NCBI GenBank assembly: GCA_038046385.1
Contig: JBBSWH010000005.1
Coordinates: forward strand, 64,339-128,338
Length of the DNA: 64,000 nt
Reading direction: 5' to 3'
Origin: Nanobdellota archaeon
GTDB lineage: Archaea; Nanobdellota; Nanobdellia; Woesearchaeales; GW2011-AR4
This document shows positions 16,291 through 25,642 of the stretch, one piece after another. The position numbers and the translations under genes were made by a program. The notes below the pieces were generated by a model that saw nothing but the letters and a program-made list of their open reading frames with translations, searched no databases and was not told the origin of the DNA. The stretch's first letter is position 1. Each line of letters begins with the position of its first letter.

Positions 16291-17265
16291 TCAAGATTTT
16301 TCTAATTCCAATGGAAACCAATTTACGCTATGCTCATATAAGATAAAAATGTCATGATCCACAATAGATTCAGAAAATTTTTCTTTGATATTATTCAATA
16401 TGGATCTTAAATCCTTCATTGTCTCAACAGCAAATTCCAGAGCCAGATCATATCTTCCCAATGTCACTGTCGCGAATGTTGCCCTATCATCCTGTGAAGC
16501 ATAGCTTATCATGCTTTCGAGCATGGAATGGTTTTTCAGGCTGAAATTAATCTGGAAATGCTGCAGCCCGAGCTTCTCAAAATCTATCTCCAGCACATGC
16601 GTTCCAATTATTTTTTCATTTCTTAATTTACGAATGCGATATTTGACCACATTTGTTTCTGTTTTAGTTATCTTTGCTAAGTCTATGAGGCTTATACGCG
16701 CATTTTTAGCCAATTCCTTTATTATTGCATAGTCGATTTCGTCAAGATTTGTTTCTTTCAGCTCCACTGGGTATTTTGTATGCAGCAATTTGCCGTTTTC
16801 ATAAAAAAACCTAAAGTTAAACCTGTGGACAGCAGGCATCGTCAGAATTTCCTGCTCTAGAATATAGTCCCCAAATTTTTCCCTGAATGGGACCAAAAAT
16901 TTATATAAATCCCTCATGTCCTTTGCGAGAATAAGGAATGTGATGTTGTATCTTCCCTCAGTGCTTGCAAAATATGCTATTGATTTGCAATTCTGGATGA
17001 AGGAAATAATTTCGCCGTCAATTTTTGGATTTGTCTTGTGGAACTTGTAAAACAGCTTATAGTAGAACCTATTAAGGTGTGATATGTTCATTGTTGTTAT
17101 GAAATTTTTTATATATCCTTCTTCCATGAGCCTGTTTACGCGAAACCTTGCTGTTTCTTTGGCTATGCGCAGTTTTTTGGCCAGTTCTTTGTAGGGCTGC
17201 CTGCTGTTTATGTCAAGCTCGTATAATATTTTCCTATCCAACAGGTCTAATGAATATTTCTTCAT
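16291..17265 (-). CDS. Tandem Lrp/AsnC-type transcriptional regulator
   Basis: Two HTH_AsnC units (LDRKILYELDINSRQPYKELAKKL; IDYAIIKELAKNARISLIDLAK), each followed by a ligand-domain-like region. Confidence 0.75.
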   Translation of the reverse strand: MKKYSLDLLDRKILYELDINSRQPYKELAKKLRIAKETARFRVNRLMEEGYIKNFITTMNISHLNRFYYKLFYKFHKTNPKIDGEIISFIQNCKSIAYFASTEGRYNITFLILAKDMRDLYKFLVPFREKFGDYILEQEILTMPAVHRFNFRFFYENGKLLHTKYPVELKETNLDEIDYAIIKELAKNARISLIDLAKITKTETNVVKYRIRKLRNEKIIGTHVLEIDFEKLGLQHFQINFSLKNHSMLESMISYASQDDRATFATVTLGRYDLALEFAVETMKDLRSILNNIKEKFSESIVDHDIFILYEHSVNWFPLELEKS

Positions 17266-17362
17266 ATTATTGGTTAAAATGAAATTTTGTTTATAAATTT
17301 TTTCATTTTAATTGTTTTTTGGATAAGAATATTGATATATCTATCAATATATTTACTACTAT

Positions 17363-18220
17363 ATGATGACAGATAGTATAGGAAAAAATGTCAACCTCAT
17401 AGGATGGATGGACAATTTTTATAGTACTGCTCCCTGTGAAGTCAGACTGGAAGGGCTTGAGAGCAGGATAATAAAAGCGTCAAATCCAAGCGGGCTGCTT
17501 GATTTGTTTAACCCTAATGCAGAAAGGATTGCGACACTGGGAGAAATAGCCACTGCAAGAGTAATTGCACTTGATTATTTATTTGAAATGGTTCCTAATT
17601 TAAGCGATATGTTTGCAATAAGTCATATCTGCAAACTCGATAGTGTGATTGACATTGACCAAGCAATGCTTGGAAGAATCCTGAAAGCATTTGTAAGATA
17701 TCCTGAAATATTCGGAATATGGCAGGAAAGATTGACTGCATCAACGCATATGGTAAGGGGGATTGATGACAATCAAGATAAAATTTTCTTTGCCGATGGA
17801 AATAAATTTGATAGAACTATTGACTACAAAAAAGCATTGGAAGGAGAATTATCAGATGGTGGAATACGCTATGGCGATGAAACTCTAAGTAATATGGCTG
17901 ATAAGTCTTACTCCTCTTTATCACTTGCGTCTTATTTGGATGCAAAAGGCGGAAAATTCAATGGCTCAGAATTATTTAATCATCCAATATTCAAGGCAGC
18001 TTTGAATGATGATGCGCTTAGAAGCCAGTATGTATTGGCACTGCAGTTGCTTGATTTTGTAAGCATTCATGATGCAGGAAGATATGCACTTTGGCGTCCT
18101 GGTGGAATGAAACCAGGATTTGGGAGGCAGATATCTCTTGGATATAAAGGCGAGACATTCTATCCGCCGAATAATGACACAGTAGGACATGCTGCACTAG
18201 TATTACCAATAAAATCCTGA
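17363..18220 (+). CDS. Hypothetical protein
   Basis: 285-aa ORF, divergent from the Lrp gene; no motif recognised. Confidence 0.5.
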   Translation: MMTDSIGKNVNLIGWMDNFYSTAPCEVRLEGLESRIIKASNPSGLLDLFNPNAERIATLGEIATARVIALDYLFEMVPNLSDMFAISHICKLDSVIDIDQAMLGRILKAFVRYPEIFGIWQERLTASTHMVRGIDDNQDKIFFADGNKFDRTIDYKKALEGELSDGGIRYGDETLSNMADKSYSSLSLASYLDAKGGKFNGSELFNHPIFKAALNDDALRSQYVLALQLLDFVSIHDAGRYALWRPGGMKPGFGRQISLGYKGETFYPPNNDTVGHAALVLPIKS

Positions 18221-18332
18221 ATTTAATTTTTATTCAGCAACCTTTATATGAAGAAAATCAAAGATTTTCTAATATAAAAGTTCGAACTGAGTTCGATACT
18301 TTTATAAAACGACTTCTTATACTAAATGCTAT

Positions 18333-18507
18333 AGCGGGGTAGGGCAGCCAGGAGTGCCCGATGAGGTTGCTTATGAATAAGAAGCAGCCGCGGAAGGCTC
18401 ATAAGCACATCGAAATGCCTTAGACACCCATACCAGCCTCTAAAGCTGGGGTTAAAGGTCGGAAGTTCAAAAACCATTAATTTGGTCTGGAAGTCTTCCC
18501 CCCGCTA
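18333..18507 (+). tRNA. Initiator tRNA-Met(CAU) interrupted by four putative introns
   Basis: AGCGGGG..CCCCGCT-A (A1:U72). Removing 18364-18395, 18404-18425, 18432-18455 and 18472-18493 gives ATGGG-CTCATAA-CCCAT, variable AGGTC and T arm GGAAG-TTCAAAT-CTTCC. Length check: 75+32+22+24+22=175 nt. Confidence 0.65.
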
Positions 18508-18552
18508 CTTTTCTTCACAAAGCTTTTATAACAATATCGTTCTACAGCTTTT

Positions 18553-19227
18553 ATGATAATCTGCGGTATTGATGAAGCTGGTCGCGGTCCATTAATCGGC
18601 CCTATGGTGATGGCCGGCGTTCTGATAGATGAAAAAGACGAGGCTAAATTCAAGGCTATCGGTGTAAAAGATTCTAAACTGCTAACCCCTTTCCAAAGAA
18701 AAGACCTATTTGACAAAATAAAATCCATTTCTAAAAAATACAAGATAATAATTGTGCAGCCTGATGAAATAGATGATGCTGTTTTTGGAAAAGGTGGATT
18801 AAACCTAAACTGGCTTGAAGCAAACACTTCTGTAAAAATACTAAATGAACTAAATCCTGAAAAGGCAATAGTTGATGCTCCGAGCCCGAACATAAAAAAA
18901 TACACAGAATACATAAGAGAAAAGCTTGACAACAAAAAGGTGAAGCTTGTTTTGGAACATAAGGCGGATGTTAATTATCCTGTTGTCGGCGCAGCTTCGA
19001 TTCTTGCAAAAGTCACAAGGGACAATGAAATCGAGAAAATAAAAAAGCAGATTGGAATTGACTTTGGAAGCGGGTACATGTCTGATCCAAAAACGTCTGA
19101 GTTCTTGAAAAAACACCACAATAAATTTCCCGAGATTTTCAGGAAGAGCTGGGCGCCCTATCAGAAGATTGCAGACAAAAAGATGCAGAAAAATTTATCT
19201 GATTTCTCCAAATTCATTAAAGAGTAA
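18553..19227 (+). CDS. rnhB: Ribonuclease HII
   Basis: GIDEAGRGPLIGPMV, DSKLL and ASILAKVTRD motifs. Confidence 0.9.
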   Translation: MIICGIDEAGRGPLIGPMVMAGVLIDEKDEAKFKAIGVKDSKLLTPFQRKDLFDKIKSISKKYKIIIVQPDEIDDAVFGKGGLNLNWLEANTSVKILNELNPEKAIVDAPSPNIKKYTEYIREKLDNKKVKLVLEHKADVNYPVVGAASILAKVTRDNEIEKIKKQIGIDFGSGYMSDPKTSEFLKKHHNKFPEIFRKSWAPYQKIADKKMQKNLSDFSKFIKE

Positions 19228-19263
19228 GAAAGATTTAAATAATATTAAAAATAGAATTTTTTA

Positions 19264-19815
19264 ATGCACGACATAGTAAAAAGGGATATCCTAAGCGTAC
19301 TCACCAGATTATCTGAGATAATAAAGATAAAAAATGATACTGATTTTCTTGAATTAAAAGAGTTGAGCAACCACGTCATACACAATGCGAGCGTTTTCCA
19401 GGATGAGGATTCTGTTTCTGTAGCAGTTTTGATATATGCGCTGTCAAAGATAATAGAGAGGCAGCAGAACTTTGACTATGCGAGGGTCTTTGGCATGGTG
19501 GAGTCCTGCATTGCTAATTTATTAAACGGCAATGACGAAGGATTCAGGAAGTCAATAAAAGAGATATTCAGCTTCATAAGAACTGTTGATAACAAGCTCA
19601 GGATGTACATCAACGAAGTCATCAACCAGGCGCAGATAAAGAAAGGCTGTAAATTGTGCGAGCACGGAATATCTGTCGCGAGAGCTGCTGAAGTGCTTGG
19701 AATATCGCAATGGGAATTGATGCATTACCTTGGAAAGACTATGATTATGGACCAGATCAGCGAGCCTGTTAATGTATCCCAAAGGTTAAAATTTGCAAGA
19801 GGGCTGTTTTCATGA
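19264..19815 (+). CDS. Helical protein with C-terminal UPF0175-like HTH
   Basis: C-terminal ISVARAAEVLGISQWELMHYLGK. ATGA overlap with the next gene. Confidence 0.5.
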   Translation: MHDIVKRDILSVLTRLSEIIKIKNDTDFLELKELSNHVIHNASVFQDEDSVSVAVLIYALSKIIERQQNFDYARVFGMVESCIANLLNGNDEGFRKSIKEIFSFIRTVDNKLRMYINEVINQAQIKKGCKLCEHGISVARAAEVLGISQWELMHYLGKTMIMDQISEPVNVSQRLKFARGLFS

Positions 19816-20501
19816 AATCAATAATTTTTGATGCCGGCCCGATAATAAGCCTTGCAACAAACAACCTGTTGTGGATACTGGACCCACTAAAGAAAAAATT
19901 CAATGGAAAATTCTACATAACAGACGCTGTAAAAAGAGAGCTTGTTGACAAGCCGTTTGAAACAAAAAAATTCAAGTTTGAAGCTATACAGGTTGAGAAG
20001 CTTATAGAAGAAGGCGTTATTGATGTCATAGACAGCGGAATGGTAAGGCAGCAAACTCCGCTTTTGCTCGACAAGGCAAATCAAACTTTCAAGGCATACA
20101 AAAATTATATGAAAATAGTGCATTATGCTGAAATGTCTGTTATTGCTGCAGCCATTGAGATAAAGGCAGACGCCATTGTGATAGACGAGAAAACAACAAG
20201 ATTTCTTATAGAAGACCCTGAAAACCTAGTAGAGATATTTAAAAAAAACCTGCACACAAGGATAGACGTAAACGAAAGTAATTTAAAAGAATTCAGAGCA
20301 TCTGCAAAAGGGGTAAAAACCATAAGATCTGTGGAGCTTGTGGCAATTGCATTTGAGCACTCGATACTTGACACTTATATGACAAAGCTGCCAAATGCCA
20401 GAGCGCAATTGCTGGAAAGTGTCTTGTGGGGTGTAAAGCTCAACGGGTGCGCTGTTTCAAAAGACGAGATTAGCCAGATAATGAAGCTGGAGTTAAAATG
20501 A
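19812..20501 (+). CDS. PIN-like (COG2405/DUF3368-like) protein, extended
   Basis: N-terminal IIFDAGPIISLA, later AEMSVIAAA and IVIDEKTTR acidic positions. ATGA overlap with the next gene. Confidence 0.55.
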   Translation: MKSIIFDAGPIISLATNNLLWILDPLKKKFNGKFYITDAVKRELVDKPFETKKFKFEAIQVEKLIEEGVIDVIDSGMVRQQTPLLLDKANQTFKAYKNYMKIVHYAEMSVIAAAIEIKADAIVIDEKTTRFLIEDPENLVEIFKKNLHTRIDVNESNLKEFRASAKGVKTIRSVELVAIAFEHSILDTYMTKLPNARAQLLESVLWGVKLNGCAVSKDEISQIMKLELK

Positions 20502-21589
20502 TAAAAAAAGAGGAAGATTTTCAGATTGATTTTGTAGTGCCGCAGGTGCCTGCATCTACTGCTATTCCTAATTTCTGCGTTGCGATGCTGAAGAACGGCA
20601 GCACTGTAAAAGTCGAAGGGACCGTTGAAGAATTGATTCCTACAATAAATGACTCTGATTTCTGCTGGGTTAACATACAAGTTAGCAATCTGAAAGAAGG
20701 CAGCAAGAAAGTATGCTCTTTGCTTGGATTCAAAACATCAACAATTGATGAGCTGATGTCCCAAAGGTTTTCCGGATATGACGACAATGTCACAGAGCTT
20801 GGATTGCTGCTGCCGGCAGTGAAGGTGACTGAGCTTGAAGTTGAGATAAACCAGCTGATTATCCTGATAAAAAATAACATGATAATCACTATCCACGGCG
20901 AGCACGTAACAAGACTTTTAAAATTCGCAAGATATGCTGTAACTTTCTTCAAAAAAGTTCCAAAAAACCTTGAAGCTACTGACAAGATATCGCTTGTCCT
21001 GATAAGAATACTTGACGAGAACAATGAAAGAAATTTTGACGGGATAAGGTCTATACAGGAGCAGGGAGAGCTGATAAGCAAATACCTTATTGAAACAACC
21101 GGCTTCAGGAAGGAGCTTGGAAGCGATATATACAAGATGAAGCATGCCTTGATTTCATATCTTGAGGCATTGTGGGCATCGCTTGATGTCATACACTATC
21201 TTAGATACGGAGATGCAGAACTTATAACTGATGATTCTGTGATATTGCAAAAAGTCGGCATGCTTAGCACAGACTTGACAAGGCAGATTTCCATCAGTGA
21301 GCAGATGTCAACGGTGCTTGCATCCGGCCTTGAAGTGATGCAAAGCATTTACAACAACCAGCTGACTATGCTCAACAACAGATTTTCCATGCTTGCAGTA
21401 TGGATGGCATTGGTCGGAACTGCATTCTTAGTTCCAAATACCATAGCAACTGTTTTTGGAACGCCGATTGCAGAGCATCTGGACTGGCACACCCAATTAT
21501 GGATTATAATTACTTCAACTCTGGCGGCAGTGCTTATTGTATACTGGCTTATGAAAAGAAAGGGAATATTCCCAAAAATGGAGCAATAA
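20498..21589 (+). CDS. CorA-like membrane protein with non-canonical pore motif
   Basis: 363 aa with a soluble N-domain and two C-terminal TM helices. FLVPNTIATVFGTPIAE occupies the place of the ..YGMNF.. signature. Confidence 0.65.
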   Translation: MIKKEEDFQIDFVVPQVPASTAIPNFCVAMLKNGSTVKVEGTVEELIPTINDSDFCWVNIQVSNLKEGSKKVCSLLGFKTSTIDELMSQRFSGYDDNVTELGLLLPAVKVTELEVEINQLIILIKNNMIITIHGEHVTRLLKFARYAVTFFKKVPKNLEATDKISLVLIRILDENNERNFDGIRSIQEQGELISKYLIETTGFRKELGSDIYKMKHALISYLEALWASLDVIHYLRYGDAELITDDSVILQKVGMLSTDLTRQISISEQMSTVLASGLEVMQSIYNNQLTMLNNRFSMLAVWMALVGTAFLVPNTIATVFGTPIAEHLDWHTQLWIIITSTLAAVLIVYWLMKRKGIFPKMEQ

Positions 21590-21782
21590 TAATATAAATC
21601 AGCAGGATAACTCAAATAAAATGGAACAAAATAATGAGAATGGAATGTCAGAATTGAAGATTGCTGTAACCTGCTTTATTGCCATTGTAATAATAATAAT
21701 TGGGCTTGCATTAATCATCAAATAGGGATTTCTTCAGCATGGTTCAGTTAATTATATAAATAACAATAATCAAAGCTAGCAC

Positions 21783-22451
21783 ATGGATGTCTTTGACTGC
21801 ATAAGAACAAGAAGATCTATAAGGAGATACAAAGAGAAGGATGTCCCTTGGGATAATATTGTGGAAGTTCTCCAAGCCGGCAAATACGCGCCTTTTGCAG
21901 GAAATATTCTTCCTTGTAAATTTGTTGTCGTGAAGAATGAGGCAAAAAGAAGGAGCATTGCTGAAGCGTGCTTGCAGCAGCACTGGATGCAGGACGCCTC
22001 TGTGCATATTGTAGTTGCTGCAGAGCCGGAAAAGATTGAAAGGTTTTACGGCACACGCGGAACACGGCTGTACATGGTGCAGGGAATTGCAGCTGCGATT
22101 GAGAATATGCTGCTTACTGCGCATTCGCTTGGCCTTGGATCCTGCTGGGTCGGCGCCTTTGATGAGGATGAAATTAGAAGATTGTGTAATTTACCCGAGC
22201 ATGTTGATGTTCATGCTATTGTCACAATAGGCTATGCGGATGAAACGCCTCAAATGCCGCCAAAGTACAGAATTGAGCATACGATGTTCTTTGAGAGATG
22301 GTGGGGCAGGCAGGAATCTCCCAAAGGCGGGCTTGGTGAATGGAGCCCGGTGTTCAAGAAGGCTGCTACAGAAACTTCTAAAATTACTAAGAAGCACTCT
22401 AAGGGAATTGTCCACAGGATAAAAGAGAAGTTCAAGAAGAAGAAAGAATAA
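21783..22451 (+). CDS. Nitroreductase-family flavoprotein
   Basis: RTRRSIRRY N-terminus, GLGSCWVG, plus a Lys-rich tail. Confidence 0.85.
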   Translation: MDVFDCIRTRRSIRRYKEKDVPWDNIVEVLQAGKYAPFAGNILPCKFVVVKNEAKRRSIAEACLQQHWMQDASVHIVVAAEPEKIERFYGTRGTRLYMVQGIAAAIENMLLTAHSLGLGSCWVGAFDEDEIRRLCNLPEHVDVHAIVTIGYADETPQMPPKYRIEHTMFFERWWGRQESPKGGLGEWSPVFKKAATETSKITKKHSKGIVHRIKEKFKKKKE

Positions 22452-22572
22452 AGTTTTTTGATTATTTTCTTTAATATTAATTTTTAATTATATTTTATTG
22501 AATTTTATTTTTTAATGTTGTTCGTTATTGATTTTTTGTTAATGTGTTTCGTTTATTGAGTCGTTTTTATTT

Positions 22573-22617
22573 TTCCGTCCCTTCGGGACAAAAGTTACGC
22601 TCGCTGCATTGCTCGCC
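22573..22617 (+). repeat. Two-hairpin intergenic repeat, copy R1 (degenerate second hairpin)
   Basis: TTCCGT + GTCCC-TTC-GGGAC + ACA..GCTCGCTGCATTGCTCGCC, then an AT-rich TATTAATTGTAAAAA flank. Confidence 0.6.
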
Positions 22618-22669
22618 TATTAATTGTAAAAATGTAGAATTATTTCTATGCTCTAAATAAAAAAATTGG

Positions 22670-22777
22670 GGCTCGTTGCCGAGCCACCGCTTGCCTTCGT
22701 CATTAAAACGTTGGGGGTGGTTTTCTTAACGAAGGCAAAGAAACAATCTCACCACAAAGACTTGTGGGTGAATGTGA
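22670..22777. other. GC-rich nested hairpins abutting the ftsZ stop
   Basis: GGCTCG-TTGC-CGAGCC (22670-22685); TTGCCTTCGT (22691-22700) pairs with ACGAAGGCAA (22729-22738); CACAA-AGAC-TTGTG within CTCACC/GGTGA..GAG. Confidence 0.4.
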
Positions 22778-22781
22778 GTTT

Positions 22782-23846
22782 TTACCTTACCAGTTCTATT
22801 CCTAATTCTTCGCTTACAGCTACAGCCGCCTTTGAAGGCCTTGCATGATCAACCTTGCCAAGAACCCAGGGGCTCTTGACTCCGGTGATTATTGTCATGA
22901 CACTGATCTTGCCTTTCATGTCTTCTGAAACTCTTGCACCCCAGATGACATTTGCTTCTTCGTCAAGAGACTCTGTGACAAGCTCTCCGACTCTGTTGAT
23001 ATCATCAAGTGTCATATCAGGCCCGCCGGTTACGTGAATCAATGCGCCGGTTGCGCCAGTGTAGTCAACTTCAAGCAGTGGATTGGCTAAAGCGCCTCTT
23101 ACAGCTTCTTCCACTCTGCTGTTAGTATCGGACATTCCGACTCCGATTACTGCAACCCCGCCGTTTTGCATTATTGCCTTTACATCAGCATAATCCAGAT
23201 TGACAAGTGAAGGAACCGATATAGTTTCCACTATTCCTTTGATCATTGTTGAAACAAGCTCGTTTGCAACAGCAAATGCCTGCTGTATTGGCAGATTTCC
23301 TGCAATCTGAACAAGCCTGTTGTTGTCAATAACTATTACTGTGTCAGTTACCTGCCTTAGTTTCTGCAATCCGTATTCTGCTTTGTCAATTCTTGCGCGC
23401 TCTATCTTGAACGGCATTGTGACAGCTCCAATTACGATTGCGCCTGATTCTTTTGCAAGCTGTGCAGCAATAGGTGCAGCTCCTGTTCCTGTTCCGCCGC
23501 CCATGCCTGCGCAAACAAAGACCATATCAGCTCCTTTTAAGCTGTCTTTCATTTCTTTCAAGGATTCCTTTGCAGCTTCAGCTCCCTTTTCAGGATAGCC
23601 ACCGCAGCCTAATCCCCTTGTAACACTTTTCCCAATGAGGAATTTTTTATCAGCGTCAATTATGTTCAAATGCTGCTTGTCTGTGTTGCAAGCAATTATT
23701 TCTGCTCCCTGTATTCCTTTTTTATAGAGCCATCCCACAATATTGTTGCCAGAGCCGCCAACACCAATAACTTTGATGTTTGCCTGTCCTACTTCAAATG
23801 TCTGTGCTGCCACAGGTTGCGTTATCTCTCCAAATCTGATGTCCAT
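22782..23846 (-). CDS. ftsZ: Cell division GTPase FtsZ
   Basis: GVGGSGNN and GMGGGTGTGAAP tubulin signature. Confidence 0.95.
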   Translation of the reverse strand: MDIRFGEITQPVAAQTFEVGQANIKVIGVGGSGNNIVGWLYKKGIQGAEIIACNTDKQHLNIIDADKKFLIGKSVTRGLGCGGYPEKGAEAAKESLKEMKDSLKGADMVFVCAGMGGGTGTGAAPIAAQLAKESGAIVIGAVTMPFKIERARIDKAEYGLQKLRQVTDTVIVIDNNRLVQIAGNLPIQQAFAVANELVSTMIKGIVETISVPSLVNLDYADVKAIMQNGGVAVIGVGMSDTNSRVEEAVRGALANPLLEVDYTGATGALIHVTGGPDMTLDDINRVGELVTESLDEEANVIWGARVSEDMKGKISVMTIITGVKSPWVLGKVDHARPSKAAVAVSEELGIELVR

Positions 23847-24038
23847 TTTAATCTCCCCCTTTGTCCCTAGCCATTGCGGTTGTATATATCACAACATAAA
23901 CATCGGATTACCGAAATGCTTATATTGCCCCTCCACTAAACTCCATTTAGAATTAGCTTATGCCAATAAGCTGGTTTAAAACCGTTTTATAGTTTTTAAC
24001 GTACAAGAAAACTAGATAGTACAAAACAAGTCCGATTT

Positions 24039-24094
24039 GAGCTGCTTTTCGCCAAAAAAGCTGCTTTAGTTGAGTTTTTCGCCAAAAAAACTCA
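24039..24094. promoter_or_regulatory. Two tandem hairpins with identical TTTTCGCCAAAAAA cores in the ftsZ divergent spacer
   Basis: GAGCTGCTTTTCGCCAAAAAAGCTGCT (24039-24065) and TGAGTTTTTCGCCAAAAAAACTCA (24071-24094). Confidence 0.35.
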
Positions 24095-24224
24095 TAATTA
24101 ATCTTTTCTTATTTTATTAACAATGTCATGATTGATTTATAAAGATTTCTTGGGTTAAATATGTATATTGGTTCATATACTTTAATAAGAAAATACTTTA
24201 ATTGAAGGTTTATTACTCCTTCTT

Positions 24225-24680
24225 ATGGGGTTGGCAGACGTGGTTCAGGCAGAAGAAGCTATAGGTAGAATGATAACATTGATTACAGGTGTAGCTCACA
24301 AACCGGTTTTTGTAGGAGTTTACGGAAGTGCCAATCATGGCAAAACTCATTTTTCAAGAAGAGTTCAAAAAGAAAGATGGGATAGTGCCAATAGTGTAGT
24401 TAGGGTGTTGAATGGACCAGAAGAATTTGGGCACTATAGCATTGTGGATACTTACCTCATTAATATTACATTGACTGATCCTGCAAACAGACACGGAAAG
24501 TCTTCTCCAGAGAGGGATCTTAGAAAGATTGTAAAGAGAGACTATGATTTGAGCATTGCTGTGGTAAATCCAAGTTTGCATAATATTGATGTTGAAGCTT
24601 GCAGAGGATTGTATGACTTGGTTGTATTAAATCCAAATTCAAAAGTTAAAATGCCAATTAAAGTTCCTGTAAATTTATAA
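24225..24680 (+). CDS. Small P-loop protein, function unknown
   Basis: Walker-A-like GSANHGKT; 151 aa. Confidence 0.4.
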   Translation: MGLADVVQAEEAIGRMITLITGVAHKPVFVGVYGSANHGKTHFSRRVQKERWDSANSVVRVLNGPEEFGHYSIVDTYLINITLTDPANRHGKSSPERDLRKIVKRDYDLSIAVVNPSLHNIDVEACRGLYDLVVLNPNSKVKMPIKVPVNL

Positions 24681-24702
24681 ATTAAGTTATAATACTACAT
24701 CT

Positions 24703-25455
24703 ATGGCGCTTTATTTCATAGGAATTGGACTTAACAACGAAAAAGACATCACTCTTAATGGCCTTGAAGCTGTTAAGAAATGCGATGTTGTTTATCTGGA
24801 GAACTATACTTCTGTTTTGAATGTTAAAAAGGAGAAGCTTGAAGAGTTGTATGGAAAGAAAATAGTGTTGGCAAGAAGGACGCTTGTTGAAGCTGACAAT
24901 AATGAGATAATTAAGAATGCTGCATCAAGGAATGTTGCTTTTTTGGTTGCAGGAGATTCTCTTTCTGCAACAACGCATATTGATTTATGGATGAGGGCGA
25001 AGAAAGAAAACGTGAAGTGTTTTATTATTCACAATGCTTCAATACTGACTGCAATCGGCGTTACCGGTTTGCAGCTGTATAAGTTTGGGAAAACAACTTC
25101 AATTCCTTTGGCTAATGAGAATGTTGAAACGCCTTATGATGTTTTGAAAGGAAACTTAAGCCTTGGATTGCATACTTTGTTTTTGCTTGATCTTAATCCG
25201 GAAGAAAATCAGTTTATGGGTGTTGGAGATGCACTTCGGTATCTGCTCAAGATTGAATTAAAACGGAATGAAAAGCTGATTTCTGAAAAAACAATCTGTG
25301 TTGGATGCGCAAGGGTAGGAAGCGAGACGCAATCGATAAAAGCCGGAATGGTGAAAGATGTGCTGAAGCATAATTTCGGAAAATCCGTGCAGTGTTTGAT
25401 AATACCGGGAAAGATGCACTTCATGGAAGAAGAAGCGCTGCAGATGTGGAAATGA
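24703..25455 (+). CDS. dph5: Diphthine synthase
   Basis: MALYFIGIGL N-terminus, VAFLVAGD, tetrapyrrole-methylase fold; typical 250 aa. Confidence 0.9.
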   Translation: MALYFIGIGLNNEKDITLNGLEAVKKCDVVYLENYTSVLNVKKEKLEELYGKKIVLARRTLVEADNNEIIKNAASRNVAFLVAGDSLSATTHIDLWMRAKKENVKCFIIHNASILTAIGVTGLQLYKFGKTTSIPLANENVETPYDVLKGNLSLGLHTLFLLDLNPEENQFMGVGDALRYLLKIELKRNEKLISEKTICVGCARVGSETQSIKAGMVKDVLKHNFGKSVQCLIIPGKMHFMEEEALQMWK

Positions 25456-25642
25456 CCACTGGACATCCCTGCCTAAGATATTTAAACTAATTCTTCGTCT
25501 TAAACTGAAAAAGAGAACACGCAAAACTGCCAAATTAAGCCTTTTGATTACATCAAAATCCTTTTACGCAGTTTCGCTTAACATTCTCTTTTTCCTGAAT
25601 TCCAAAGTTCCAAAAGGTTAGAAACTTTGGAGGTTGATTAAA

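Noticed and set aside
18433-18449. Perfect hairpin CCAGC-CTCTAAA-GCTGG inside the initiator tRNA gene. It looks like an anticodon arm with CUA (amber suppressor or Pyl-like).
   Set aside because: Using it as the anticodon arm leaves an 11-nt variable region and a ~70-nt unexplained insert. It lacks Pyl-tRNA features such as a short D loop and a 6-bp anticodon stem, and it ignores the exact CTCATAA loop. The four-excision model gives a perfect initiator cloverleaf in which this hairpin is simply intron 3.
20521-21192. 223-aa antisense ORF opposite the CorA-like gene, and many similar 60-150 aa ORFs in the track (e.g. 18477-18935, 41947-42387, 39257-39751, 35709-36101).
   Set aside because: They lie fully inside and antisense to, or out of frame with, well-supported genes. 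They have Ser/Leu/Phe-rich low-complexity composition typical of shadow ORFs, and no SD.
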